In this document: positions 44,803-60,240 of the stretch, piece after piece | How positions within the stretch are numbered: position 1 is the stretch's first letter | Layout: each line of letters begins with the position of its first letter | From: the human T2T-CHM13v2.0 reference genome, Homo sapiens | Assembly (NCBI RefSeq): GCF_009914755.1 | Contig: NC_060945.1 | Direction: 5' to 3' (one strand) | Length of the DNA: 64,000 nt | Position numbers and translations under genes: made by a program | Notes under the pieces: model-generated | The model's database searches: none | Told to the model about the DNA's origin: nothing | The model's input: only the letters and a program-made list of their open reading frames with translations

Positions 44803-47686
44803 CATCTCAATTGTCTTCAGAAAGTTTTCATATTGGTCACTTTTAATTACTGTATTTCTTTCCTGTTCGTGAAATGTTATTTTATTCAGTTCTTCAAATA
44901 GCAATTTTTAACTCTCTAGCATGATTTTGCAAATATGGCACATAGTTGTACTGTACAACACATTGAGTTTTTATGTTTATGATATTTTCCTATTCTGAAT
45001 GTGACAGGGCCAAGATACTATATGTATTCTAACAAAGCTCGCTTGCTCCCTTAACTAACTTCTGTGTGCCTGTTGTGACAATCTGTGAGGTCATCCAGGA
45101 AGAAAGGTAAAACCATTAGCTGACAATCAAGACATGGAAAGCGTTTGTAGTGTTGACTCCTGTTTTGCATTCCTGTGGAATAATAACCATTCCAGAAGCT
45201 ATCAACAGAAAACAAGATGGCAATTTGATCTATTCCTTTGCTGATAGCTGCTCCTTAAATATACAATATTCTATAGCCTCTCTTTATTGCCACATCCATA
45301 ATTCTAGTTGATTACATCATAAGCAATTTACTATAGGCCTATATTTACTGCACCTTTAATTCCAAGGCTACAGATTTAAATTCTAAGATTCCCTTAGATA
45401 AATGCTGTCTTCCTCACTCAGCTTTCGTATTTTTGTTTTATCTTTGGAGCTCAAAACATTCTTGGTAAAGATCCCATGCTAGATGGATTTGGATGGGAAG
45501 CAGGTGTTTCTTGACCTGATGGAAAGTGAATGGACAGAAGAGATTGGATTTTTACCTTTCAGAAAGTCCCAGCCAAGAACAGAGCTGTGGTTAAGGACAA
45601 GGACAGCTTCAACTGGAAACTGGCTCTAATTCAGTCTGCTATAAGTGTCTTCAGGTATTAGTATCCTTTAGAGGGGGAGAATGGGGTTTGATGTCACCGT
45701 TGAGACAATAACCACATCCAGACTCACTCTTTGATGCCTTAAAGAGATTTGCATTAATTCACTAGGAATGGCCTTTGAGGGATAAGAAAATATGGAGCAA
45801 GGAATTATGGATGTACTTCAGAGGGTAGCTAGTAAGAGAAAGGCCGTGGATTATGGGCAGTTTAGTAAATACTATTAGTAATTTTCCTTCATAAATTTGA
45901 GTTGCACTATAAATTACCCAAAGCCAAAGTTACTCTTATTCCAGTGTTATTCAACACTCAGTTTAACTCATAAAACATTATTAGCCATCTATTAATATCT
46001 AAGACTATGCTAGGAGGAGTGGAAAATACAAAGATGAAAGATGCTTGGTTCCTGCCCTCAGCAGAGCTTCCAGTCTTTTGGGATATACTGCATTACTGGT
46101 GTAGAGTACAGAAAAAGAAAGTAGGTATAGTAGTCAATTATTCTATCAATAAAGCAAAAAGCCTGCTTTTTGTCTCCTCCTATGTGGAATCTTTCCTGAT
46201 TCCTCCAGCCAGAGGTGAACTCTCCCTTTCTTTTGGTAACCATAAAATCTACTACATATTTCAAGGAATTTATTTTGGTGTAAAATAAGCCTACATCCTG
46301 CTCTGCCTGTTCCTTGAAGATCAGGACAGATGTTTATTGAAATGTGCCTTCTCCTTCAGAGCTAAATGCAATGATTTGGTCATAGTATGTTGTCCCCAGT
46401 AAATGGTCCTTCAGTTGAACTTACTCTCCTTCTTGTGCCTTAACACTATGCCTCACAAAGTAGTTTGTTCTGCCAAGAGAGAGGCCTTTGAGATACGTAG
46501 GAAAGATGGAGGGTGGTTATTGAGGTCTGTAGTGAGACTGCCTGACTTTTTCCATTACTGCCTTTTTAGCAGTGATTTCTCACTCTCTCCCAACAATCAC
46601 GGCCCATTGTCCCCAAGCACTTTCAAAGCATACTTTTCATCAGGCTGCCAGCCCCTTAACATCATGAAGGTATGGCTCATCTCCTGTTCAACAGCAGATT
46701 TCAGGCAAGAACCAGGAATATTGCCAAAAATTCATGCCAAACTTTTATTCTTATGAAACTCTGTGATCACTTTAATGTCTCTTGACAGCAGTTATAGTTT
46801 TAGCTTTTAACATCTCATTTAAATGACTCATATTCATGCTGAAGAGCTCATGATTCTATTTATCTCCTTATTAATTAAATGAATGGAATAAGACAAGTTC
46901 ACAACCTGTGGTTCCAGGGAAGCTATATTATGTGTTGCATCCCAATTTTCTAGTTTTCTTCTTCTGTATTTCTGTTGTTTCTCAACCTGAAATTTCTTGC
47001 TGAGAAGAAGATATTGCTGTTAAAGATTAGAACTGATGTTTGAAGCCAAAATAAATGGAGGCTCACAGCTCCCACAGAGCAGTATATACCGATGTGTGTG
47101 CGTATATGTTGCCCATGAGATCTTATACATAGAGAGTTTAGTGGTCAAATATGCTTGGGAGGCACTGCTTCATTTCATCCTTCTTAAAAATTCACACTAC
47201 ACAATGACATTTGTCTCTCAGAAGTCCTGCAGCAAAGAAAACAATTTGAGTGTTTAACTCAGTATCCCCCAAATTCATTTGATGATAGGACAGTTTTCCT
47301 TGTAACCGTGACATGCAGTGGAATTGTTGTCTTAAGAAACACTTTTTGAAAAGTTTGATCTGTAGATCTACTCTCTTTGGGACTGACTAAAATAATTTGC
47401 AGTCTTAAATATTGTTCTTGTGCTAATTTTAATGAAAAGTTAGACATCAGGTTCTTGATCAGAAATAAAACCTCTAATTATGACACTACTTTGTATCTAA
47501 TTCATATCAGATTTATACCATCAAATCTTACCTCATCTTTTCATTTACAAAAATACCTAAGCATTAAGATGGTCTGTATGTCTACGAAAAACAGCATCTT
47601 TTAATCAATCGTATCTCACAGATATGTTGCAGGTAAGGTGCATGTCCATGACATTTAATGTAAATATTTAAAATGCATTTGCTATA

Positions 47687-48008
47687 TTTTTTTCTTTCTT
47701 TTCTTTTCTTTTTTTTTTTTTTTTGTGAGATGGAGTTTTGCTCTGTCACCCAGGCTGCATTGCAGTGATGCAGTCTCGGCTCGCTGCAACCTCTGGCTCC
47801 CGGGTTCAAGCGATTCTCCTGCCTCAGCCTCCTGAGTAGCTGGTACTACAGGCGTGTGCCACCACACCCGGCTAGTTTTTGTATTTTTAGTGGAGATGGG
47901 GTTTTGCCATGTTGGCCAGGCTGGTCTCAAACTCCTGACCTCAGATGATCTGTCCGCCTCGGCCTCCCAAAGCGCTGGGATTACAGGCATGAGCCACCAT
48001 GCGTGGCC
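47687..48008 (-). mobile_element. Alu (AluS-type)
   Basis: T-rich tail plus full antisense Alu. Confidence 0.95.
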
Positions 48009-48640
48009 TCTTCTTTTTCTTCCTTAATATTTTCCATTTGGTTTTTAAAACATCTCTGTATATTTCTGTTTCAGCATTTGAAAATTTAAAAAATCCATCC
48101 TTTTAATAACTTTTTCATTTACTGATTTAAATAATTGTACAAAATGATACACACTAGGCAACAACAGTGCTGTAGAACATCTAAAAAGCTGACAGCATCT
48201 CAGATGCAAGCATTTACACATTTACCACGACACTTTTCCTTTAAAGTGTCTGATTGAAACTCTGTATTTACTATTGTTCATAAGTTACCCCAGAATACAG
48301 AAGGTAGTTCTGTTACTAATACCTTCCTAGATTGCTCTCAGTTTCATTCTAAGATCCAACACTTTAAAATGAACTGAGAGTCTGCATTGACATGAATAAT
48401 GAATGAGTTCGATGAAAGTTATTTCTCAGAGAAAATTTCTTTGTGAAGTAGTTAGGTCCCAGATGAAGAGAGATAAGCTTGACTAATACAGATATCCAAG
48501 AAAGCTTCTGGTTGATTGACAATAAAGGACAGTTAAACATCATATCACAGAGAGATCTGTGTTAGGAATGCCTCAAATAAGAACTTTTGGAAATACACAC
48601 CATTTATTTTTAAAGTAGTAACATCTGAAAGTCCACTTGA

Positions 48641-48998
<358 letters not shown>

Positions 48999-49242
48999 TA
49001 TTCCAGGCATTTTACTTTCTGGTGTGTCTGATGTGTGTGGAGACATTTTTTATTCTAAATAATTTTATTTTAAAAGCACACATACAACTATAAATTGGGT
49101 AATACATTGAAAGAAAGGGGAAAAAACAAGACACAACCATAACACTGTGAAACAATCACTATTAACAGTTTGGTGAATTTCCTTCTATTCTTTTCCTACA
49201 CATACCTGAATTTTCTCTGAAATAGTTAAGATGACTCTATCC

Positions 49243-49660
<418 letters not shown>

Positions 49661-50379
49661 TGACTCTATCCTATTTTCTCCTGTCATTTTCACATAGGTA
49701 CCTCTTCCTGAACATAATCCACCTTTTCAATGGCTATTTAATATTTCATTGTCTGGATATGTCACAGTTTTCTTAATCCACCCCACTTTTTTGGGTAAGT
49801 TGTTGTCAGTTCTTCACTGTTATACATTCTATTATGATTGACATTAAGCACTTTTCGTGTTTTTACTTGGAGAGAGTAAAATGTCTTGTAATTACGAAAC
49901 ATAAGGTATAAACAGTTTAGGCTTTTATTATGTAATGCTACAGGGACCTGCAGAAGTGAAGGCTGAGCAATTTATATGTGCATCCATCCACCATGTAGAA
50001 ATGCCCAACTGAATTGCAACCTCCCTCAGAATCTGTATGATTTTAGGTCAATGTATTATAGAAAATATTTATTATTGCTTCAAGTTGCATCCGTTTGATT
50101 ACTGAGTAGTTTAATTTTAAAACTTATTTGCTACCTATTTATACCTCTGTAATTTTAAATCACTTGTTCCTCCTGTCTTTTGCCTTTTTTATATCCTGAG
50201 ATATCATTACTTTCTTACTCATAATGATATAAAATGGTCAGTATTTTTTATTGCAAATGTTTTCTCAGTTTATTATTTAGCTTTAATGTTGATTAGATTT
50301 TTGGGCAGAGAAATGTTTACATTTATAATTACAAATACATTAATTTTTTCCTGAAACATGAAGCATTCATAGTAGTTGT

Positions 50380-50740
50380 TACTATTTCCGGTTCTTTCCC
50401 TTCGGAATACATGCGTGGATTGTACCTAACATGGGGTTGGTTGGGGCTGTGTGACTGGCTCTGTTCCATGACTTGTGAGCAGAAGTCTCTGGTGTCACTT
50501 CCTGGACAGAGGACTTCATTGCTAGTGAGAGAATTCCCACACCTCTCTTCTGTTTCCCTCTGCCCAGTGACTGCTCTTTCAGCCTGGGACGTTGGAGCAG
50601 AGCCTGCAACAGACTCACTACAGCCATTTCAGCAAAAATCCATCTTTTAAGCCTCAATTTTAATCCTCTTTTTAAAATTTTTTAATTTTTATTTTTTTTG
50701 GAAGAATTATTTGTTACAGTAACAGAATCTAGCCTATGTG
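50380..50740 (+). mobile_element. Old MLT1 (MLT1I/J-like) LTR
   Basis: ggggctgtgtgactggctctgttccatgacttgtgagcagaagt...tgtcacttcctggacagagg...ttgttacagtaacagaatctagcct. Confidence 0.6.
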
Positions 50741-51138
50741 GGACTGTTGGAATTCAAAATTTCTCCTCTGCCCACATAATTGATAAATATAATTGCTATT
50801 GGGTTTTTAACAAGATTTTTGTGTTTTCATAATTTAGTTCATTTAATCCATTTGAAATATCTTGACGTGTGGTATTAGAAGAAAAGCTAGTACAATTATA
50901 TATGCAATATATAACTGTATACCACATGCTGTTTATAATTTTATATATATGCATACACCTACACACATATATGTCTATAATTTCTTACTGATCTGTTATA
51001 CCACCTTTGTGACATAATAATTGTCATATAATTTAATTTCTGGACTCTTCTGTTCCATTGATCCATCTGTATAGTAGCATCACATTGTGTTAATACTGGT
51101 TCTAAAACTTGCTGGTAAATAAATGACACTTTCTATAG

Positions 51139-51401
<263 letters not shown>

Positions 51402-52631
51402 TTGAAAAGATTTGCTTATTCATTGGAATTTTGTTGAGAATATCATTAAACTTATAAATATATGGGGAAATATTTTTTTAAATTCCATCTTCATATCTAA
51501 GAACATGGGCACATTTATATTTATATCAGGATATTTATATTTATTAGCTTTATTTTATAGTTTTCAAAAACAAATCATACAATATTTTTTCCTAGGTATT
51601 TTGCAGGTTTTTTTCACAGTTGAGTTTGATCTTTTATAATTTTTTTTGTTATTAACTTGATTTTATGTGTGTGTCTATTTACATTGGCTCACCTTCTCAC
51701 ATTATGAAATACTTTAATTTCCTCTTTATTATTTTGAGTTTTCTCATAATGTAATACTCTTCAAATATTCATTATTTCTGTTTTGCTTATTGCATTGGTT
51801 AGAATTTTCAGAGTAAGAAAATGAGAATGGGTCATCTTATTTTGTTCTTAATTTAAATAGAAAAGCCTGTACTATTAAACCATTATTTATGGTTTGGAAG
51901 GCAGATTGAAATAAATGCTATATTATTAATTTAATATAATACAATAAATGCAAATTAAAATAAATATTATTTATACTCATATCTCAATATGCATTGAATT
52001 TTATTAAATATTTTTCAGAGTTCAATTTGCCCTTCTAATAAGTTATTTCATATGAATACTATTCTTTATATTAACTCATCCTGGCAATTCTGGGATAAGT
52101 TGTATTTGATCAGTGAGAGTTTTTCTTTCAATATGTTGCTGAATGTGATTTGTTGATATTTTATGTAGCATTTTGCACTTATTAATAAATTAGATTTGTA
52201 TATAAGTTTTCTTATTTTGTGTATTGGCCTTGTCAATTTTGTCATTAGGTTATCTAAGCTTAATAAAATGTAAAGGATAGTTTTCTATCCTGTCCTGGAA
52301 AAGTGTAGAAATTCCATTCAGCTTAAAAAAACTAATCAGTGTGACTGTGTAGCTCTGAATGCTTCTGTCAAGAGTTCTTCGATAAAATGAAAAACATTTT
52401 TCCTTAGTTATTGATATTTTTGAGTAGATGTCAAGAATTTGTTTTAGACTGTTACCTATTTCAATGACACAATTTTAATTATTATTTATTTTAGACTATT
52501 ATCTATTTCAATAAGACTATTTTTAATTATTTTTCATATACTTATTTAAATCATATTATATAACAATTATCATTGGAATTTAAATTGTTATGCTACCATT
52601 ATTGTTATATTTTTCTTATTTCAACTTTTGC

Positions 52632-52782
52632 CTTTCCCTCCCTCCGTCCGTCCCTCCCTCCCTCCCTCCCTCCTTCCTTCCTTCCTTCCTTCCTTCCTTC
52701 CTTCCTTCCTTCCTTTTCTCTCCCTCCCTCCCTCTCTCCCTCCTCCCACCAACCACCCTCCTTCCCTTTCTTCTTTCCTTCC
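52632..52782. repeat. (CCCT)n/(CCTT)n simple repeat
   Basis: Direct reading. Confidence 0.93.
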
Positions 52783-53041
52783 AGCAGTTTTATCTGCTTT
52801 AAAATTTAAAGAGTAACCCATTCTTGGATTGTCGCCTTCCTATTTTGATTTTTAATTCACTTATTTGGTTTTGATTCTTGTTTTGAGTTTCTCCTTATTT
52901 ACTCATATTTAATATTTCTTGATATATTTCTAACTACTTGAATTAAATGCTTAAGCTATTATATAGTTATTTCAGTGTTTTTTTAACTCAAAACTTCTTA
53001 AAACATGAGGTAGAACATCAAGCATATTCATTTTCATATTA

Positions 53042-53327
53042 CAGTCACACATCATATAACGATTATTTTGGTCAATGATAGACTGTATATATGAAGGTTA
53101 TCCTATAGGATTATAATGCCATATTTTTATTGTACCTTTTCTATATTTGGATATATAAATACCATTGTGTTACAGTTGCTAAAAGTATTCAGCACAGTAG
53201 CATACTGCACAGGTTTGCAGCCTAGGAGCAGTAGGCTATACCATATAGCCTACATGTGTAATAAGCTATGATGTTTGCATGACAAAATTGCCTAAGAATG
53301 CATTTTTCCAGAATATAGACATGACTG
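53042..53327 (+). mobile_element. Tigger3a/GOLEM-type Tc1/mariner MITE
   Basis: TA|CAGTCA...CATGACTG|TA ends; internal gcacaggtttgcagcctaggagcagtaggctataccatatagcct. Confidence 0.85.
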
Positions 53328-53946
53328 TATTTTTCCAGACAATAACAAGATAAATATCTAGTATGAGGAATCAGTAACCCCTTCCCTTACAATAGACACC
53401 AAGGAATCTGTTTGTCTTTTTGAGAGATTAGCAGAAAATAGTATCAATGTGACTTTTATGGGTCTCTGCTTCCATGCAATCTATACTTTCTGTCATTTTA
53501 GCTGTTGAAATGTACCAATGTATTTACACTTTAAAAAAATTTGTTAAAGCATTGGGTTTGTAGGTTTACTGCTCTATGTAACTCTGGCTTATTTCACACA
53601 TTTTATTGTGGGTATTTACATTTTTATTTTACAGATATTTTTAAATGCACACATTATTTCCTCATTGACTCAAAAGTTAGACGTATTTTTAAACTTCAAA
53701 AGTTTAAAGATTTTGTAATTTTTTTCTAATGAAAAACAAAGTAGCTCAAGTATGTTACTGAAAATAAAAAGAAAACTTGTGAAATTTTTCTTTTTTGAAA
53801 ATAAAGAAAAAAGGAGAAAAAAATCATCTACAATTCTAGTACCTAGAGAGTTACTGATATCAAGATTTGGGTGTATTTTCTTCCAATCCTTTTTTGCTAT
53901 GTGTATTTATAAATATGTGTGTGTGTATACGTATATAAGTATATGT

Positions 53947-53956
<10 letters not shown>

Positions 53957-54004
<48 letters not shown>
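53957..54004. repeat. (CA)n microsatellite, about 23 units
   Basis: Direct reading. Confidence 0.95.
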
Positions 54005-54011
<7 letters not shown>

Positions 54012-56325
54012 GGTCCTGGAATCATACTGCATATAAAATGTTGTATTTTGTGTTTTTTTCTTAATGGCATTTTCCATGTTATTTAATATTTACTCAAATA
54101 TAATTTTAGTGATGTACAATATTCCACCTAAAAACACAAAAGTTTATTTAGGTAACTCTATTGCCAGACATTATATTCATTTCCAATTTTTTGCTATAAA
54201 AATAACGTTTCAATGAATAAATTCTTGTGAATAAAATGGTATTGGTACATCTCTTTATTTCCTTAGTTCTTTTATATAAAATTATAACATATTATGAAGA
54301 ATATGTTCCTTTTTAAGGATCTTGATGCGTATCACCTAATTGTCTTCTAGAAATATTGCATCAACTTACATGCCTACCACGAGTGTATGAAAGTACTCAT
54401 TTCTCTAAATTTCCAAGTATTGTAAATAAAAAAAATCAACTTCTGAGGAATAAACTTTGCAATTGATGGCTATTTAAATTCATATTACATTGATTATTAA
54501 TGTAGCTGAACGTTTTTCCACAATGATTTTATTGTATTTCGTTGGATTGCTTCTTTGTTAGTTCTGAAGTCTTTGCCTTGCCCATTTTGAATATTTATAT
54601 TTATCTTCTTTTGCACTTATACATTAAGGAAAGAAACTATCTTCCAATTACAGTTGCAGATACTTTTTCTAGTTTGTAATGTCTTGTAACTTCTTTTGAC
54701 CTCTTTTTCTGATCATGACACTTTTATAGTTTTATGTAATTCAATCTATCTTCTCATAGTGAAGAGATTTACTCCACCACTTTTTGGAAACTTTTTTTTT
54801 TTCTTCCCACTCATGCTTCTATACCATTGTTCACATTGAGATAAGAGTTGCCTTGTGATGCTATGTTGACAGCTGAGTGTTTCAACATGTGCTAATGTTT
54901 CTCTTGCTGGACTTTTGTATGAGGACCAGCAGTAAATTCGTCTGTCTCTCTTCAGGTACCCAAGCCATCAGACTTAAAGCTCAGCAGCTGTCGGCACACT
55001 GCCTTTCATCATATTGATTAGAGAAATAGAGGGAGCTATATCCAGTGATAAGAGTGAAGGAGATGCAGAGAGCAGCAGAGATCTAAAAAAAAAATTCTTA
55101 ATGGGATTCAGGTCTCTCCTTCTTGTTATTTCTAGGGTCCAGCCACATCCTTGTCCTTGCTTCTTAATATCCATATAATACATTCTCTATTTAGTTTAAA
55201 CTAATTTGATTTGGATTTTTGTTAAATACAACCATAGTTGTAATTGATATTTTATTTTTCTGTATTTTTTTCATTCTTGTAATGCCTATAAAATTATTCT
55301 CTGCTCTAAGATCAGAGAAATATTGCCTAATATTATTATTTTCCACAGATTTAAAAATATTTAGTGCTGTAATGCATTTGGAATTTATCTTGAGGCATGG
55401 CATGTGGAAACAATCTTTGTTTTTTGAAATGGGTAACGGACCATAAATACATTAATAAATATGCCATAATAAAATAAACTCTAATTGTGGAATTTTAGAC
55501 AAATTGAATAGTAAATCTTGATTGGGGGTTAAGATACACTTCCTAAACTCTTTAAGCTTGGCTATGAAGGATGTGTGAAATTTTGAGACGGCACAAATGG
55601 AGAAAGTACATTCTAGGCAAAACACTAGAAAAGATCTTTGAAATCTGGAACACATTGACTAATTTGGGACAGATATTTCTGGAAATACAGCTGAACTTTT
55701 CCTCTGCCATTTGTTTTTTTTTGCTTCAGCTGTACAGTCTTTGGTGTAGCACCTCTTAATTTTTATTGCACTAATTTGTTTACATTAGTCTCCCTTGCTG
55801 AGCTATAAGCCTGAACTGTCTTGTCTTTATAGTCTCAGCAACTGTATACTGCATAGCATATATGAGGTGATCAATTAATGTTTATGAACTGGATGAATAA
55901 ATGAGTGTATGTTTCAATGGGCGAGAAGCAGTGGGGAAATAGCTCAGAGATTTTCCTAGAATATTAACATGATCTAATCTGTATTTTAAGCAGGTTATTC
56001 TATAGTTATAATTCCATAATATATGTTTAGAGTATCTTTAAATTTTTGCTCTATTATATTTTGTGGTTTTTTTTTCAGACAAGTGGGGTACAGTTTGCTC
56101 TTTACACACTCTTCCCATGATTGTCTTTGGTATATCTAAGGTTGTGTCTCTTAAGTCCAAAGGATTAACTAAGGGTAATGATGGATCTTAATATCAAATG
56201 CTATAATAAAACTAAAAAAGTGTAATTTGTGTGAATCACCCAAAAAAGATATTAACCAGGAAAAGCAACAAGAAAAGAAATACAATGTGTATTTTCAATG
56301 TGGAGGACAGTTCTGGTTAGCAATG

Positions 56326-56404
56326 AGGGTTACTGACCTGGGACTGGGTGGCTTTCCAGGGATGCAGGACATTTGGTGCTGAAACCAGGACAGTAGGTCA
56401 CCCT
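56326..56404 (-). mobile_element. MER81-like hAT-Blackjack MITE (internally deleted)
   Basis: Reverse complement agggtgacctactgtcctggtttcagcacc...gtcccaggtcagtaaccct, with AGGGT...ACCCT ends. Confidence 0.6.
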
Positions 56405-57256
56405 GTAACCTGACCAGTATGAACATCTTTGGCTTCACCAAGAGTAGGTGGATATCTACCTACCCAGTAGTCTGCCTACCCAGGCAGGACTGGGTAGTGC
56501 CACCTGAATGCACTGCGATAAGTTTTATTCTTTCTAAGATGCAAATCAGAGAGCACCTCAGGCAATGTCATTGCAAGGGCTGGGGAAAGGATTCCAAAAC
56601 CCAGCTGTAAAATTACCTCTAGCTGTAAATACTTTTTTATAGCTTTGATTCTAATTTCCCTTGAGATTCTTTATAAATCAATCAATCTCTTTGTTCCTCA
56701 ATTTTTTTAACTTACTAAATGGGGATGATAACACTAAACGAGGGCAATCAGAGTTATGATAACGCTAAATGATTGAAAGCATTTTGTAAGCATTGTGTCA
56801 ATATTCTTCCAATACCTAATCTTTCAGAATGGAATTTAGTTGATAGTTCATTATTTTCATTAGAATTCAGAGTCCAGCTCCCCATAGGATAAGCAGTAGT
56901 GAATTGTAGCATGATATTGGATGAACTCTTAAATGATCTGGGGAACTGAAGATCACTAACCAACCTATCTCTCATAAATGCCCTATAGGATTGGGTTGAA
57001 GTCCCTTCCCATTGCTACATAATTCAGGGTTGTTCAGGAATGTGTGTGAGTTACACTGGCTCACACTATGCACCATAATTTGAGCTACAATTGCCCTCAA
57101 CTTCATAGCACATGGGGATTCACTAGTGACTGCCGGTGGTCAGTCTGATGAGTTAGCAGTTTCCCCTAGGACTATCATAATCTGCTGACGCAAGGCAGCT
57201 CAAGGTGGAAAGGGGCTTACACCATTCTAAATGTACTAGGAGGAGAGACAGGAGGC

Positions 57257-57484
57257 CAGGGCTGGGACTAGGATGAGGCAAGGAGGCATTTACCTTGGAT
57301 GTACAATTTAAACTTGTGCCAAAATATTTAGTAACCAAGATAAGTAATATTTTAATGTAATATTTAAATCAAATTAATGCAAAAATGTGTGGGAAACAAA
57401 ATATCTCAATTGTGAGTGAAGTCAGGATCCAACACTGCACTTGCATGTAGCTCACATCGCTTGCCTCCCCCTAATGCTGACCCT
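57257..57484 (+). mobile_element. MER96/MER96B-like hAT MITE
   Basis: cagggctgggactaggatgaggcaag... and ...cttgcctccccctaatgctgaccct inverted ends; internal cagtaatcaagataaataatattttaatg-like motif. Confidence 0.65.
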
Positions 57485-57773
57485 ACCAAGAACTAGACTT
57501 AGAGAGTTAGGGCCATAGTCACATCACAGAGTAGCCTTCTCATCAATGTATGTTGGACCATCTAGAATGTCGTATTCTACTTCTATAGTGAAGTAGAAAA
57601 ATTACAAATGCTTCCCAACACACCCCTTTCTACCTAAGAGTAGCTTAGGCACTAAAAATATTTCTAAAAATATAAACTGGTACTCTATAAATGTCAAGCA
57701 CAATGTTAAGTTCTTTAAATGTAGTATTATCTTATTATAATCCTTACAATACATTACTTTACAAGATAGATGT

Positions 57774-60093
57774 TGATATGGTTTGGCTATGTCCCCACCC
57801 ATATCTCATCATGAATTGTAGTTCCCATAATCCCTATGTGTGGTGGGAGGGACCAGGTGGGAGATAATTGAATCATGGGGGTGGTTACCCCTAAGCTGTT
57901 CTCATGATAGTGAATGGGTTCTCATGAGATCTGATGGTTTTATAAGGGACTCTTCCCCCTTTGCTTGGCACTTCTCCTTTCTGCCTCCATGTGAAGAAGG
58001 ACATGTTTGCTTCCCCTTCCACCATGATTGTAAGTTTCCTGAGGCCTCCCCAACCATGCTGCACTGTGAGTCAATTAAACCTCTTTTCATTATAAATTAC
58101 CCATCTCAGGTATTTCTTCATGGCAGCATGAGAATGAATTAATGCAGTAAACTTCTACTGGCACAGTGGGGTGCTGCTATAAAGATATCCAAAAATGTGG
58201 AAGCAACTTTGGAACTGGATAACAGGCAGAGAATGGAACAGTGTGGAGGGCTTAGAAAACAACAGGAAAATGTAGGAAAGTTAGAAACTTCCTAGAGACT
58301 TAGAGGGCTCAGAGACAGGAGGATGTGGGAAAATTTGGAACTTCCTAGAGACTTGTTGCATGGCTTTGACCAAAATGCTGATAGTAATGTGGGCAATGAA
58401 GTCCAGGCTGACTTGGTCACAAGTGGAGATGCGGAACTTCTTGAGAACTGGAACAAAGGTGATCCTTGCTATACTCTAGCAAAGAGACAGCATTTTGCTC
58501 CTGCCCTAGAGATCTATGGAACTTTGAACTTGAGAGAGATTGTTTTGGGTATCTGGTAGAAAAAATTTCTAAGTGGCAAAGCACTCAAGAGGAAGCAGAG
58601 CATAAAAGTTTGAAAAATTTGTAGCCTGACAATGCAATGGAAAAGAAAAACTCATTTTCTGGAGAGAAATTCAAGTCCACTGCAGAAATTTGAATCAGTA
58701 ATGAGGAGCTGAATGTTAATCACCAAGACAATGGGGAAAATGCCTCCAGGGCATGCCAGAGACCTTCACAGTAGCCCCTCCCATCATAGGCCTGGAGGCC
58801 TAGGAGGGAGAAATGGTTTTGTGGTCTCCCGCTCTGTACAGCCTCAGGACATAGTGCCCTCTGTCCCAGCTGCTTCAGTTTCAGCTGTGGCTAAAAGGGG
58901 CCCAAGTGCAGCTCACGTCATGGCTTCAGAGGGTGCAAGCCCCAAGCCTTGGTGGCTTACACAGGTTGTTGAGGCTGTAGGTGCACAGATGTCAAGAATG
59001 AAGGTTTGGGAACCTTCACCTAGATTTCAGAGGATGTATGAAAATGTCTGGATATCCAGGCAGAAGTCTATTCTAGGGGTGGACCCCTCATGGAGAATCT
59101 CTGCTAGGGCAGTGTGGAAGGGAAATACAGGGTTGGAGCCCCCACACAGAGTCCCCACTGTAGCACTCCCTAGTAAAGGTGAGAAGGGGGCCACCATCCT
59201 CCAGACCCCAGGATGATAGATCCACCAACAGCTTGCACCATGTGCCTGGAAAAGGCACAGGCATTCAACACCAGCCATGAAAGCAGCTGGGAGGGGGACT
59301 GTACCATGCAAAGCCAGAGGGGCAAGTTATCCAAGGCTGTGAGAGCCCACCTTTTACATCAGCATGACCTAGATGTGCAACAAGGAGTCAAAGGGGATCA
59401 TTTTGGAACTTTTAGGTTTAATGACTGCCTTATTGGAGTTTGGACTTGCTTGGGGCCTGTGGCCCCTTTGTTTTGGCCAATTTCTTTCATTTGGTATATT
59501 TACCCAATGTCTACACCCCCAATTGTACCTAGGAAACAACTAACTTGCTTTTGATTTCACAGGCTCATAGTTGGAAGGGACTTGCCTTGTTTCAGATAAG
59601 ACTTTGGACTTGGACTTTTGGGTTAATGCCAGAATGAGCTAAGACTTTGGGGGACTGTTGGAAAGGCATGATCATGTTTTGAAATGTGAGAACATGAGAT
59701 TTGGGAGGGGCAAAGGGCTGAATGACATGGTTTGGCTGTGTCCCCACTCAAATCTCATCTCGAATTTTAGTTCCCATAATTACCTTGTATTGTGGGAGGG
59801 GCCCAGTGGGAGATAATTGAATCATGGGGGTGGTTACCCTATGCTGTTATCATGTTAGTGAGTGAGTTCTCACAAGATCTGATGGTTTTATAAGGGACAT
59901 TTCCCCCTTTGCTTGGTACTTCTCCTTCCTGCCACCATGTGAAGAAGGATGTGTTTGCTGCCCCTTCCACCATAATTGTAAGTTTCCTGAGGCCTCCTGA
60001 GCCATGCTAAACTATAAGTCAATTAAATCTCTTTTTTATAAATTACTCAGTCTTGGTTATTTCTTCATAGCAGCATGATAATGGACTAATACA
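57774..60093 (+). mobile_element. Two-LTR THE1 (THE1D-like) MaLR element: 5' LTR 57774-58146, internal 58147-59722, 3' LTR 59723-60093; antisense to GRIK1
   Basis: Both LTRs begin TGA(T/C)ATGGTTTGGCT and end in CA; THE1-internal sequence between them; polypurine tract gagatttgggaggggcaaagggctgaa before the 3' LTR; partial TSD gatgt/gatac. Confidence 0.93.
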
Positions 60094-60104
60094 GATACTA
60101 TAAG

Positions 60105-60240
60105 CCTAATTTTTTAGAAGAGCAAACTGAGGCTCTGAGATGTTAAGCAGCTTTCCTTCTGTCACATAGTTGGCAAATGTAAGAGTCTGGATTGGAATTG
60201 AGTCAGTATGGTTACAAAACACTTGTTTTCATTTATTATT
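60105..60240 (-). mobile_element. MIR SINE
   Basis: ttttagaagagcaaactgaggctctgagatgttaagcagctt...gtcacatagttggcaaatg. Confidence 0.7.

Noticed and set aside
58713-59554. 167-aa and 113-aa ORFs
   Set aside because: Decayed THE1 internal region; frames are broken and I recognise no intact gag or pol domain.
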